Shown here: piece by piece, positions 9,585-19,872 of the stretch
How positions within the stretch are numbered: the first letter of the stretch is position 1
Layout of the letters: each line of letters opens with the position of its first letter
NCBI GenBank assembly: GCA_944393375.1
Contig: CALXZX010000002.1
Location: forward strand, 15,487-79,486
Source of the DNA: an uncultured Clostridia bacterium
GTDB taxonomy: Bacteria > Bacillota > Clostridia > TANB77 > CAG-508
DNA length: 64,000 bases
Reading direction: 5' to 3'
The notes under the pieces: generated by a model
What the model was told of the DNA's origin: nothing
What the model saw: only the letters and a program-made list of their open reading frames with translations
Databases searched by the model: none
Program-made: the position numbers and the translations under genes

Positions 9585-10334
9585 TTATTTAGCTATATTT
9601 AAAAATCTATCTAATAATTGTTTTCTACATAAATTTTCAAATTCATCATTTAAAGGCTCTAACATAATATCTTCTTGATATTTTCTATGTAGACAATGTT
9701 TAATGATATAATCTGTTAGTTCTGGATTTTTAGAAAGAAGGGGACCATGTAAATAGGTAGCAATCACATTTTCTTTAAAAAATCCTTCCTCTGTATCACC
9801 AAATTTATTTCCATTTCCAAATAAAACTTTTCCGAAAGGAGTGGGGATGTCATAGGTTTGTCCACCATGATTTTCAAAGCCAATAACTTTTGAATCTTTA
9901 CCATTTAAATTAACATTAAGGACAATATTTCCAATACATCTCTTTTTTCTATCGCTAATGGCTTCTGTATAATATGGAAATATTTCTAAACCAGGAATGA
10001 TATTTCCTTCAACACCTTTATAATATTTACCAAATAATTGGTAGGCTCCACAAATTAGTAAAAAGAATACACCTTCATTTTCAGCTTCTTTAATTTCTTC
10101 TTTGTATTTGATTAAATCTTCTGATAAAATACTTTGCTCATTATCAGCTCCACCACCTGCAAAGATGATATCATAACTTTTAAAATCAGGTTTTTCATCA
10201 CCAATAGAATATCTATCAACAATACAGTTAAATCCACGTTTTTCAAGTCTATATTTTAATACTTGTATATTTCCATAATCACCATATAATTCTAACATAT
10301 CAGGGTATAGGTATAGTATTTTTAATTCTTTCAT
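9585..10334 (-). CDS. gatD: Lipid II isoglutaminyl synthase, glutaminase subunit (CobQ-type GATase)
   Basis: 249 aa. Type-1 GATase with nucleophile Cys in LLICGAYQLFG and a His-containing YLHGPLL. Lies immediately downstream of murT, separated by 11 nt. Confidence 0.85.
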   Translation of the reverse strand: MKELKILYLYPDMLELYGDYGNIQVLKYRLEKRGFNCIVDRYSIGDEKPDFKSYDIIFAGGGADNEQSILSEDLIKYKEEIKEAENEGVFFLLICGAYQLFGKYYKGVEGNIIPGLEIFPYYTEAISDRKKRCIGNIVLNVNLNGKDSKVIGFENHGGQTYDIPTPFGKVLFGNGNKFGDTEEGFFKENVIATYLHGPLLSKNPELTDYIIKHCLHRKYQEDIMLEPLNDEFENLCRKQLLDRFLNIAK

Positions 10335-10345
10335 GATTGATCTCC

Positions 10346-11662
10346 TTATTTTAATTTTAAAATTTCTGTTCTAGTAGGTTGTAAAGAAGTATAATTTGCA
10401 ATAACATATTTTTTAGTTGTATTAGTATATAAAGCCTTTATGGCTTGTTCTAAGTCTAGATAAGCTTCAATTTTATTTGCATCAAATCCGGATGTTTTTA
10501 TTCTAATGGCAATATCGTAACCCCTTGTTCCTGCAGTTACAATTCTTTTTACATTATTTAAATTATCAAAATTAATATCCCAAATCCAAGAGACATCAAA
10601 TCCATCTGCCTTATTATCATTTAAAACAAATAATAATTCTTTTTCTTCATCATCTTCATTTAATAATCGTAAACTGACATTGGCACCAGTTGGATTTTTA
10701 GCTAAGTTTATAATCGTAGGGGCATCTTTAATGACTAATTTTTCTAATCTACCATTATTTAATTCAAAATTTGCTAAAGCTTCTTGCATATATTTTGTAT
10801 CAATATTGTATAAAGAACAACAGCTAATAACAGCAGTGAAATTGTAAATAATATAGATACTATTTGATTTAATTTTATACAAAATATCATCAACTTCAAA
10901 AGTCATTTCATCTAAATTAATATTTTTTGTTTCTTTATAAATTTCATTATCACCATATTCACAATTAGGACAAGTAAACTTTCCAATGTGAGAATATTGA
11001 TAATATTCATATTCCAAACGTGTCTTACAAAATGGACAGAATTTTCCTTCTCCAGCTTCTTTCATATCATCTGTTGCATAAGGATATCTATCAACATGGA
11101 AATAATAGACATTTTTATTATTTGGATTTGCCATTCCTAATCTTGCAACATTAGGGTCATCATTATTTAAAATTAAATTGCCTGTATATGTTTTTAGAAA
11201 ATCATTGATTTTCAAAATTAAGGATTCTACTTCACCATTTCTATCTAATTGGTCTCTAAAGAAATCCAAGATAACCAAAGTATCTAATCGAAAATCTTTA
11301 AATACAACTGGTACATAACCTTCGTCTACTTCGAAAACTAAATAATCAGATTTAACCTTTCCTGTTAAAGTACAGGATTTTAATAAAGTAGAAAGAATAC
11401 CAGTTTCCATATTATTTCCTTCTTTATTACTAATTACCTTTTTTCCAGCAGTTTGAAAAACATATCCGATAGCATTATTTGTCATAGTTTTTCCATTTGT
11501 TGCTGTAACAGCGATAACAGGGCAGTTTACTTTGAAGTATTTAAAAATTTCTGGATTCCAATCAAAAGCAATTTTTCCTAAAAAATTACCTCCATGTTTT
11601 CCAAATAGTTTTAATACAATATTTAATACCTTCATTGCAAGTACAATAAAAAAGTTTTTCAT
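10346..11662 (-). CDS. murT: Lipid II isoglutaminyl synthase, Mur-ligase-like subunit
   Basis: Mur ligase P-loop VTATNGKTMT, Cys4 ribbon CPFC...CPNC typical of MurT, and a DUF1727-like C-terminus. Operon partner of gatD. Confidence 0.88.
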   Translation of the reverse strand: MKNFFIVLAMKVLNIVLKLFGKHGGNFLGKIAFDWNPEIFKYFKVNCPVIAVTATNGKTMTNNAIGYVFQTAGKKVISNKEGNNMETGILSTLLKSCTLTGKVKSDYLVFEVDEGYVPVVFKDFRLDTLVILDFFRDQLDRNGEVESLILKINDFLKTYTGNLILNNDDPNVARLGMANPNNKNVYYFHVDRYPYATDDMKEAGEGKFCPFCKTRLEYEYYQYSHIGKFTCPNCEYGDNEIYKETKNINLDEMTFEVDDILYKIKSNSIYIIYNFTAVISCCSLYNIDTKYMQEALANFELNNGRLEKLVIKDAPTIINLAKNPTGANVSLRLLNEDDEEKELLFVLNDNKADGFDVSWIWDINFDNLNNVKRIVTAGTRGYDIAIRIKTSGFDANKIEAYLDLEQAIKALYTNTTKKYVIANYTSLQPTRTEILKLK

Positions 11663-11765
11663 TTGTCATGCTCCCATCTCTATAAAATTTATATTTGCAT
11701 TATAGCACAACAAAGAAAAAAGATAAAGTTTTCTGAATTTAAAACAATAAAAATGAAAAAATCCC

Positions 11766-11960
11766 TAGAGTTTCTTACTCTAAGAATAATTTATATAAAG
11801 ATAATATCAATAAAGTAGTTATATGTCAATAAAAATATTCTTTATTTGTACAACAAATTTTTATATAAAAATGAAAGTTTTTATAATTATAATCTAAAAC
11901 TATAAATCTATAAATGACAATAGTTAGAAAGATATTATCAATTTCTTAGAGTAAGAAACT
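11766..11960. promoter_or_regulatory. Putative invertible promoter (inverton 1) upstream of surface-protein paralog 1
   Basis: IR-L 11769-11786 (agtttcttactctaagaa) is the exact reverse complement of IR-R 11943-11960 (ttcttagagtaagaaact), 18 bp. The enclosed 156 bp carries TTGACA (11829-11824), 17 nt, TATTAT (11806-11801) on the minus strand, facing away from the gene at 12019. Confidence 0.7.
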
Positions 11961-12018
11961 AAAAGAAAATTAAAAATAGTTTCAAAACAAAAGAAAATGC
12001 AGAAAAGAGGGATAAAAA

Positions 12019-13494
12019 ATGAAAAAACACATACAAAAAAGTAAAATGAAAAATCAAAAAGGAATTACATTATTAGTATTAGTTATTACTATAATAATTT
12101 TATTAATCCTAGCAGGAATTACCATAAGTGCGTTAACAGGAGACAATGGAATTATAGAAAATGCAGGAAAGGCAAAAGAAGAAACAGAAATAGCCAATGA
12201 AAAAGAGATAGTAGAAAAGGCAACCGTACAAGCAATGGGGAATAATAAGTATGGAAATATAGAAGAAGATGAATTGCAAAGTGAGTTAGATAAAGAAACA
12301 GGAGAAGGGAAAACAGATGCAACAGATATAGGAAATGAACTTGAAGTAGTATTTATTGATAGTAATCGATATTATGTAGTTGATAAAGATGGAAATGTAG
12401 GAGAAGCACAAGAGATTATAAAAGATAAAAATCCAGGAGATATTACAATAGGAAAAGATGGAGAAACATTAGATGGAAGTGAAGAACATCCATATGAGAT
12501 AAGGTGTATAGAAGATTTAATAGAATGGTCACAACATTATACTAAATATCAGAATAGTAATATTGTCTTATGTAAAGACTTGAATTTTAAATCTTCACTA
12601 TCTTATGCAGATAGTAAAAGTATGGAATATGGAGACATCAATCAAGATAATACAACAGACAGTCTGATTGAGGAGATGCAAAAAGGAATAGGTTTCACAC
12701 CAATAGCAAATTTTTCAGGGATATTTAATGGGAATCATTTTGGAATTCAGAATATTTATATAGTTAATCATGAAAGTGTAGGACTATTTAGTCAAATAGA
12801 TGGAGCTATAATAAGTGATCTAGATATAAGTGGATATATTGAAAGTACAGAAATTACTAGCATTGCTGGTGGAGCTGGTAGCATAGCAGGAAATATAAGT
12901 GAAGGAAGAAATAAAAAAAGTTATATAGAAAATTGTTCAAATAGTGCTACTATAAAAGGTTTTTTAAACCAAAATTATACAGGAATTGGTGGTATAGTAG
13001 GTAAATCTAACGGGGCAGCTAATATAGTAAATTGTAGTAATAGAGGTACAATAATAAGTGAAGTAGGTACAAAAGTTTATATGGGAGAAAACGCAATAGG
13101 TACTGCGGGAATTTTAGGATATACAAGAGGTAATAAGGCTGATGTCAATATATATAACAGTTATAATATAGGAAATGTTTCATCAAATAAATCATCTTGT
13201 GGAATAATGGGAGGTATATGGGCAGAAGGTTCAATTAATATAGAAAATTGTTTTAATATAGGAGAAGCAAAAATAGGGATTTGTAAAAGTGCAAATAGTA
13301 GTAACAGTATTTACTATTTGGATAGTGCAAGTAGCACAGGAGGAATAACAAATGCAGTTCTTATTACAAAAAATGAATTGTGTAGTGAAGAATTTATTAA
13401 TTTATTAAATGATTATATAGAATCAGGAGAAGATTATAAAACTAAATGGAAAAAATGGAAATTAGGAGAAGAAGGATATCCTATAATTGAATAA
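12019..13494 (+). CDS. Surface protein paralog 1: pilin-like N-terminal hydrophobic module plus GLUG-type beta-helix repeats
   Basis: N-terminus KGITLLVLVITIIILLILAGITISALTGDNGII resembles a class III (prepilin) signal but lacks Glu+5. A conserved ~160-aa module ends at PYEIRCIEDL. The C-terminal half has repeated GG(I/L)(V/I)G...N(C/S)xN.G motifs. Confidence 0.85.
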   Translation: MKKHIQKSKMKNQKGITLLVLVITIIILLILAGITISALTGDNGIIENAGKAKEETEIANEKEIVEKATVQAMGNNKYGNIEEDELQSELDKETGEGKTDATDIGNELEVVFIDSNRYYVVDKDGNVGEAQEIIKDKNPGDITIGKDGETLDGSEEHPYEIRCIEDLIEWSQHYTKYQNSNIVLCKDLNFKSSLSYADSKSMEYGDINQDNTTDSLIEEMQKGIGFTPIANFSGIFNGNHFGIQNIYIVNHESVGLFSQIDGAIISDLDISGYIESTEITSIAGGAGSIAGNISEGRNKKSYIENCSNSATIKGFLNQNYTGIGGIVGKSNGAANIVNCSNRGTIISEVGTKVYMGENAIGTAGILGYTRGNKADVNIYNSYNIGNVSSNKSSCGIMGGIWAEGSINIENCFNIGEAKIGICKSANSSNSIYYLDSASSTGGITNAVLITKNELCSEEFINLLNDYIESGEDYKTKWKKWKLGEEGYPIIE

Positions 13495-13613
13495 GTGGGA
13501 GGAGTTTGAATTTATAACTTGAAAAATAAAATAAAAAAATATATAATACAAAAGACAAATATGTGCTGTTTTCTAATCATTATTAAGAAAAATAGATTAA
13601 TGGAGAAGAATAT

Positions 13614-14414
13614 ATGATATATCTAAATAATGAAAAAAAGATAAATAAATTAAGAGAAAAAATGAATAAAAGTAATATCTATATATTTATGGATTATGAT
13701 AAAACAATTACCTCAAATAAAAGTGAAGATTCATGGGATACTATTGCTAATAGAAAAGTAATGGGAGAAGAACTTGCAAATGGTTTAAATGGATATTATC
13801 AAAAATATGGTCCTATAGAATTAGATTATACTATAAATATAGAAGAAAAAGAAAAATACATAATTGAATGGTATCAAAAATGTATGGAATTATATTATAC
13901 ATATCATCTTACGAAAGAAAAATTAAAACAATGTATTGATAATAGTAATTTAGAATTAAGAAATGGTGTAAAAGATTTTCTTTTTAAGTTATATAAAAAT
14001 AATATACCAGTTATTATATTGTCAGCAGGAATTGGAAATGTGATAGAACAATTTTTGAAAAAGGAAGAATGTTTTTATGATAACATGACAATAATTAGCA
14101 ATTTTATAAAATTTCATGAAAATGGCAAAATGATAAAATTTTCTGATAATATGACTCATACATTAAATAAAAATATAGATAAATTGGGTGACTTGAAAAT
14201 CAAAGAAGAAATGGAAACAAAGGAATATAGAATTGTAATAGGCGATTTAGTTGAAGATATTAACATGATGGGAAATTATCCAGATAATAAAGCTTTAAAA
14301 ATAGGATTTCTAAATACAAATGTTGCTGAGAATCTAGGAATATATATAAAAAATTTTGATATTGTTCTATCTGAAGACAGTAATTTTTATGATATAGAAA
14401 AATATGTAATTTAA
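13614..14414 (+). CDS. HAD-superfamily pyrimidine 5'-nucleotidase, UMPH-1/NT5C3-like
   Basis: DxDxT motif (MDYDKTIT). IPVIILSAGIGNVIEQF, ISNFIKFHENG, GDLVEDINM and KIGFLN...NFDIVLSEDSNF are colinear with my recollection of human NT5C3 (IPVFIFSAGIGDVLEEV, VSNFMDFDETG, GDSQGDLRM, KIGYLN...SYDIVLVQDESL). Confidence 0.8.
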   Translation: MIYLNNEKKINKLREKMNKSNIYIFMDYDKTITSNKSEDSWDTIANRKVMGEELANGLNGYYQKYGPIELDYTINIEEKEKYIIEWYQKCMELYYTYHLTKEKLKQCIDNSNLELRNGVKDFLFKLYKNNIPVIILSAGIGNVIEQFLKKEECFYDNMTIISNFIKFHENGKMIKFSDNMTHTLNKNIDKLGDLKIKEEMETKEYRIVIGDLVEDINMMGNYPDNKALKIGFLNTNVAENLGIYIKNFDIVLSEDSNFYDIEKYVI

Positions 14415-14429
14415 AAAAAGAAGCAAGGA

Positions 14430-14831
14430 CTATCTATCTATGCCCTTGCTATTTTCTGTACAACTATCATCTTGATAATAAAATCTATCAAGTTCATTTT
14501 TTATCAAATTCCATTGGGCTATACAACTTTTATAATCTAATGGAAGAATAAGTGAAGAAAAAGGATTTTCAAGATATATTCTTTCAAATTTTTCTTTACG
14601 AAGTATTTTCTCGAATCTAGGCAACAAAGGACATATAAAAGTTCCTTCTTCACAGACAAAGAAAAGAGGAGAGCTTTTTATAAAAACCCTTTTTTTAGAA
14701 TGTGCTGGCTTTATAATTTTATTAGGAAATCCAGGAACATAATGAGTCTGCATGCCATCTTCTGGTATTTTGAATGCAAAATTTTTTAAATCTTCTAATG
14801 TATATATATTATAATTTATGTTGTAATGCAT
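14430..14831 (-). CDS. Hypothetical protein
   Basis: The start is placed at the ATG at 14831 (MHYNINYN...), which follows AGAGGTG. The longer track ORF (to 14891) lacks an RBS. No recognisable domain. Confidence 0.5.
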   Translation of the reverse strand: MHYNINYNIYTLEDLKNFAFKIPEDGMQTHYVPGFPNKIIKPAHSKKRVFIKSSPLFFVCEEGTFICPLLPRFEKILRKEKFERIYLENPFSSLILPLDYKSCIAQWNLIKNELDRFYYQDDSCTENSKGIDR

Positions 14832-14994
14832 AATAACACCTCTTACAAATATTAACATAAATAGTATACCACATCTATGCGTTTTTTGCAAAGTTTAATA
14901 TAGAAATAAAAAATATATAAATTTTTATAAAAATAAAGTGGATTTTTTAGATATAAATGATATAATACAAAAGATTACGAAAGGAACTGATAAG

Positions 14995-15507
14995 ATGAAC
15001 ATAGAAGAAATACAAAAAAATAATGATAATAAAGAAATTATATTGCAAGCAGTAAAGGAAAATGGAAAAAATTTAGAATTAGCATCAATACAATTACAAG
15101 ATGATAAAGAAGTGGTTATGGAAGCACTAAAACAAGATGGAGAAGCTTTGGAGTTTGCTAGTAAAAGGTTAAAAGGGGATAAAGAAGTCTTAGAACTAGC
15201 AACTAAAACAGCACCTTGGACAATTTGTTACGCATCAGAGGAACTAGCAGGAGACAAAGAAATTATGCTAGAATGTTGTAAACATTATGGACAAGCTCTA
15301 TATTATGCATCTGAAGAATTACGAGATGATAGAGAAGTGGTAAAGGCAGCAGTAGAAAATAAAGGGATTATTATTAAATATGCTAGTAAACGATTAATTG
15401 ATGATAAAGAATTAGCACAAATTGCTGTTAAACAAAATAAACAAGCTTATCATTTTATATCAAATAAATTGAAACAAGATGAAGATATTAAAAAGTTAAT
15501 GGAATAG
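14995..15507 (+). CDS. DUF4116 repeat protein
   Basis: About five tandem ~30-aa repeats of the AVKxNGxALEyASxxLkdDKEvvl type. ATG at 14995 after AAAGGA is preferred over the GTG at 14938. Confidence 0.65.
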   Translation: MNIEEIQKNNDNKEIILQAVKENGKNLELASIQLQDDKEVVMEALKQDGEALEFASKRLKGDKEVLELATKTAPWTICYASEELAGDKEIMLECCKHYGQALYYASEELRDDREVVKAAVENKGIIIKYASKRLIDDKELAQIAVKQNKQAYHFISNKLKQDEDIKKLME

Positions 15508-15624
15508 AAAGTAGTGGTATCAAAAAATGATGCCATTCTTTTCTATATGGGGTTGAAATTTATAATAATATATCTTACAATATATCATAATTAAAAAATA
15601 AAAAACTAGTGAAGGAAGAAAGGA

Positions 15625-16176
15625 ATGAGTTTTATGAGAGTATTGGTTGTATCAGATATTCATGGGTCAGGTGTATATGCTGACAAATTAAAAGAAATTA
15701 TCAAAAAAGAAAAACCAGAAAAAATAATTGTATTGGGAGATTTATATTATCATGGACCTAGAAATCCATTAACAGATGGATATGACCCAATGAAAGTGGC
15801 AAAAGTATTAAATAGTGTAAAAGATAAATTAGAAGTTGTAAGAGGAAACTGTGATGCAGAAGTAGACCAAATGGTTTCTGAATTTGAAATAAAAGAAAAT
15901 ATATTAGAAAGAATTAATGGAAAGAATATGTTTTTTACACATGGACATAAATACAATATAGATAATTTACCACCAGAAGATTTTGATATCATGTTTTATG
16001 GACATTTTCACACATGTTTTATTAAAAAATATGATAATCAATTGTTTGTAAATCCGGGCTCTATTACATTACCAAAAGATAATACACCACATAGTTATGT
16101 TATGATAGAAGAAAAGGATATTATTATAAAAGATGTTGATGAAAATGTGATAGAAGAATATAGATACAAAGAATAG
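15625..16176 (+). CDS. yfcE: YfcE-type metallophosphoesterase (phosphodiesterase)
   Basis: VVSDIHGS, LGDLYYHGPRNPL, VRGNCDAEVDQM, THGH, YGHFH and NPGS are colinear with E. coli YfcE motifs. Confidence 0.85.
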   Translation: MSFMRVLVVSDIHGSGVYADKLKEIIKKEKPEKIIVLGDLYYHGPRNPLTDGYDPMKVAKVLNSVKDKLEVVRGNCDAEVDQMVSEFEIKENILERINGKNMFFTHGHKYNIDNLPPEDFDIMFYGHFHTCFIKKYDNQLFVNPGSITLPKDNTPHSYVMIEEKDIIIKDVDENVIEEYRYKE

Positions 16177-16182
16177 TATCAA

Positions 16183-16250
16183 ATTAGGGACGTTTCTGTT
16201 TGGACATTTTTTAAATTATTTAAAAATGTCCAAACAGAAACGTCCCTAAT
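16183..16250. terminator. Perfect 29-bp-arm palindrome between convergent yfcE-like and mgtA genes (bidirectional terminator, REP-like element)
   Basis: attagggacgtttctgtttggacattttt (16183-16211) is the exact reverse complement of 16222-16250. Confidence 0.8.
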
Positions 16251-16261
16251 TTTCCTTTTGG

Positions 16262-18883
16262 TTAAATCCATTCACCATATTTTTTGATATAAATCTTTTT
16301 AGCAAACATAGCTAAAATACAATATAAGAAAGTTACAATGAAGATTAAAGCAATATCTTCTCCAGCCATTGGAACTAATCCAATAAAGTTTCCTAAAGGT
16401 GTAAATGGTACAATGATTCCTACTAGTATTAATAAGATAGAAGAAAAATATACCATTTTATTTGCATTACTTTGTATAAAAGGTATTTTTGCTGTTCTTA
16501 TAATGTGCATTCCAACTAAGTTTGAAACAATACTGTATGAAAACCAAATTGTTTGGAAAAGTGCAGCTTCTCTAACACCAAAGATAAACCATAAAGATGC
16601 AAATACAATTAAGTCAAAGATTGAGCTAACTGGTCCCATAAATAGCATAAAATGTTTTAAACTTTTTATATCTAATTTTTTAGGTTTTCGTACAATCTCT
16701 GCATCTACATCATCAAAAGGAAGTGTCATTTGTCCAAAGTCATATAATAATCCTTCTACTAATAATTGGATAGGTGTTTCTGGTAAAAATGGTAAAGCAA
16801 TACTTGCGACAATAACAGATAACACTTCTCCAAAATTAAAGCTTGTTGCCATTTTAATATATTTCATTAAGTTTGCAAATGTTTTTCTTCCTTCTGTTAC
16901 ACCATCTAATAAAACATTTAAATCTTTTTCTAGTAAGATAATGTCTGCAGATTCTTTTGCAATATCGACAGCAGTATCTACTGAAATACCAACATCTGAA
17001 TTGGTTAGGGAAGGACTATCATTAATTCCATCACCCATATATCCTACAACATTTCCATCTTCTTTTAATAATCTTACGATTCTGGCTTTTTGAATAGGAG
17101 ATAATTTTGCAAAAATGTTATTTTTTCTGATTAATCTAAGAACAGCTACATCAGATAATTTATCTAATTCACTACCTAAAATAATATGCTTAGATTTGAT
17201 ATTTACTTTGTCACAAATACATTTTGTGACTTCTGCATTATCACCTGTTAAAACAATGACACGAATACCAGCTTTATTCATTTTTTCAACAGCTTCTTTT
17301 GCACTTTCTTTAGGTGGATCTAAGAATCCAATAAAGCCAATTAAAATCATATTTTTTTCATCTTTTACTTCAAAATCATAACCTGGTTCATTATTATATT
17401 TTTTACAAACTGCAATAACTCTTAAACCTTCTTTATTTAAGTTTTTACTAATTCTTTGTATATTTTCTTTAATCTCTTTGGTTAGTGGAGAAACGACACC
17501 TCTATATTCTACTGAAGTAGAAATATTTAAAATTTCTTCCACAGCACCTTTCGTAATTAATTCATCTTTACCTTCTTCATTTTTTACAGCAATAGATAAA
17601 CGTCTACGTGCAAAATCAAAAGGAATTTCATCTAATTTAATGTATTTACTAGTTAATTCAGGCATATTGTATTCAGCTCCACGCTTGATAACAGCTTCAT
17701 CAATATTGCTTCTTAAACCAGTTTGAAGACTTGCGTTTAAATATGCATATTTTAAAACACCAAGATCTTCATCACCTTTTATATCTAAATATTTCTCTAA
17801 AACAATTTTATCTTCTGTTAAAGTTCCTGTTTTGTCTGTACATAAAATGTTCATAGCACCAAAATTTTGAATGGCGTCTAGTTTTTTTACAATTGTTTTT
17901 TTCTTAGACATTTTTACAGCACCTTTTGATAAACAAGAAGATAAAATAACAGGAAGTAGTAAAGGTGTAATCGCAATAGAAATGGCTACTGCAAAAGTAA
18001 AGGCTGTTACAATACTATGTTTTGAGAAGTTAAGGATAAATACAATAGGGATAATAATTAGCATAAACTTAATTAATAATCTACTAATACTTTCAATTCC
18101 TTTTTGAAAAGCTGTTTTTGGTTTACCAGTTGTTAATGTATGAGCAATTTTTCCAAAATACGTAGAATCAGCCGTTTTTATAACAACACCTTTGGCACTA
18201 CCAGAAATAACATTGGTTCCCATAAAACAAATAGTGTCTAGATCAGCTATACTATCTAAGTTTTCAGGATTCATTTCTGTTTCTACTAATTTCTTAACAG
18301 CTTCAGATTCACCTGTTAAAGAAGATTGACCAACATAAAGGTCAGTTGCTTCAATGATTCTTAAGTCGGCTGGAATCATACTACCAGCAGAAAGACTAAC
18401 GACATCACCAAGGGTTACATCTTTTATGGGAATTTGTATTTCTTTACCATCTCTTATGACATGACAAGTTGTAGCAACCAGTTCTTTTAGCTCGTTTGCA
18501 GCTTTATTAGAACGATATTCTTCAAAGAAGTCTAATAAAGTACTAGCAGTTACTAAAATAGCGATAACAATAATATTGGCATAACTAGGTGTTTCGGGTA
18601 GAATAACATCTGTGTAACATAATAACAAAGTAATTCCTAATAAGATTAAATTAAAAGGTGTAAATAAACTTTCAAAAAAGTAATGATACCATCTTTTCGG
18701 CTTTGCCTGTCTAATGATATTTGGTCCTAATTGTTTTAACTTATATTCAGCTTCTTTTGTACTAAGACCATTTTCTTTGATTTTGTATTTTTTTATGAAT
18801 TCATCTTTGGATAATAAACATTCTTGACCATAAAGTTTTGATACGTTTACTTCCTCTTTGGTATTTGCCATGAGTACAATCAT
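16262..18883 (-). CDS. mgtA: Magnesium-translocating P-type ATPase
   Basis: P-type motifs TGES, CTDKTGTLT, MGDGINDSP. N-terminal LS.KEA...L...GPN and PFNLIL are typical of MgtA. The track TTG start at 18928 overlaps an extended -10 (TGgTATAAT, 18922-18914), so translation must start at the ATG at 18883 or 18871. Confidence 0.9.
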   Translation of the reverse strand: MIVLMANTKEEVNVSKLYGQECLLSKDEFIKKYKIKENGLSTKEAEYKLKQLGPNIIRQAKPKRWYHYFFESLFTPFNLILLGITLLLCYTDVILPETPSYANIIVIAILVTASTLLDFFEEYRSNKAANELKELVATTCHVIRDGKEIQIPIKDVTLGDVVSLSAGSMIPADLRIIEATDLYVGQSSLTGESEAVKKLVETEMNPENLDSIADLDTICFMGTNVISGSAKGVVIKTADSTYFGKIAHTLTTGKPKTAFQKGIESISRLLIKFMLIIIPIVFILNFSKHSIVTAFTFAVAISIAITPLLLPVILSSCLSKGAVKMSKKKTIVKKLDAIQNFGAMNILCTDKTGTLTEDKIVLEKYLDIKGDEDLGVLKYAYLNASLQTGLRSNIDEAVIKRGAEYNMPELTSKYIKLDEIPFDFARRRLSIAVKNEEGKDELITKGAVEEILNISTSVEYRGVVSPLTKEIKENIQRISKNLNKEGLRVIAVCKKYNNEPGYDFEVKDEKNMILIGFIGFLDPPKESAKEAVEKMNKAGIRVIVLTGDNAEVTKCICDKVNIKSKHIILGSELDKLSDVAVLRLIRKNNIFAKLSPIQKARIVRLLKEDGNVVGYMGDGINDSPSLTNSDVGISVDTAVDIAKESADIILLEKDLNVLLDGVTEGRKTFANLMKYIKMATSFNFGEVLSVIVASIALPFLPETPIQLLVEGLLYDFGQMTLPFDDVDAEIVRKPKKLDIKSLKHFMLFMGPVSSIFDLIVFASLWFIFGVREAALFQTIWFSYSIVSNLVGMHIIRTAKIPFIQSNANKMVYFSSILLILVGIIVPFTPLGNFIGLVPMAGEDIALIFIVTFLYCILAMFAKKIYIKKYGEWI

Positions 18884-19039
18884 CTTCCTTTCTTTTGTTA
18901 AAATTTCTTTATCATTATACCACAACAAAATAGAAATAAAACAAGTTGATGAAAAAATATGAAAAAATTTTATAATATATTGTAAAAATATAGAAATTTT
19001 GTATATAATGGATTTGAAAATATAGAAGGAGGTATTTTT

Positions 19040-19840
19040 ATGATTTCAGTTAAAAATTTATTTGATAATGATGATGTGAAAATTATTGATAGAAAGGGAA
19101 ATATTTCAGTAGTAGAATTTCAAAGAGATGTTAGTGTTAATAAATTGACAGCCATGTCAGAATATTTTGCTGCCAAAATGAATGTTAAAAGAAGACAAGT
19201 TGTTATTCAATTACAAGGTGATGAATATGTGACTAGTAGTGGAGCAATGCAATGGATGGCTGGAAATATAGAGTCAAAAACAAATGTAAAAGGTGTGGGG
19301 GATTTCCTAGGAAAAGCAATAAAAGGGAGTGTTACAAGTGAGTCAACAGTAAAACCAAAATATCATGGAACAGGATTATTGGCACTAGAACCAACATATA
19401 ACTACATTTTATTAGAAGATGTTGGTACTTGGAATGGTAGTATAGTATTAGAAGATGGTTTATTCTTAGCTTGTGAAGCTAGCTTAAATACAAATGTTGT
19501 TATGAGAAGTAATTTGTCTTCAGCTGTATTAGGTGGAGAAGGATTATTTAATTTAAAATTATCAGGACAAGGAATTGCAGTTCTAGAAAGTCCAGTTCCA
19601 AGAGAAGAACTAATTGAAATAGAATTACAAAATGACCAAATAAAAATTGATGGTAATATGGCAATTGCCTGGTCTGATACATTAGATTTCACAGTAGAAA
19701 AATCTACTAGAAGTTTATTAGGTTCAGCTGTTGCAGGAGAAGGATTTGTAAATGTCTATAGAGGAACAGGGAAAATTTTAATGTCACCAGTAAGACCAGA
19801 AGCTGTAAGCAATATTATGACATATAGACCTAAACAATAA
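19040..19840 (+). CDS. AIM24 (DUF124) family protein
   Basis: GGAGG RBS. Duplicated GEGLF/GEGFV...G.G motifs and overall TIGR00266-like layout. 266 aa. Confidence 0.75.
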   Translation: MISVKNLFDNDDVKIIDRKGNISVVEFQRDVSVNKLTAMSEYFAAKMNVKRRQVVIQLQGDEYVTSSGAMQWMAGNIESKTNVKGVGDFLGKAIKGSVTSESTVKPKYHGTGLLALEPTYNYILLEDVGTWNGSIVLEDGLFLACEASLNTNVVMRSNLSSAVLGGEGLFNLKLSGQGIAVLESPVPREELIEIELQNDQIKIDGNMAIAWSDTLDFTVEKSTRSLLGSAVAGEGFVNVYRGTGKILMSPVRPEAVSNIMTYRPKQ

Positions 19841-19872
19841 AGAAGGATAATATAAAATAAAAAGGTTATGAT

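Noticed and set aside
16338-18107. Several plus-strand ORFs of 78-251 aa (16338-17093, 17115-17381, 17478-17726, 17871-18107)
   Set aside because: All lie antisense within the well-supported mgtA gene, have low-complexity hydrophobic or Ser-rich composition and lack an RBS.
18884-19039. Possible M-box (Mg2+) riboswitch upstream of mgtA
   Set aside because: An extended -10 promoter (TGgTATAAT, 18922-18914) leaves a leader of only about 25-40 nt. No room remains for a ~160-nt M-box, and the rest of the region serves the divergent AIM24 gene.
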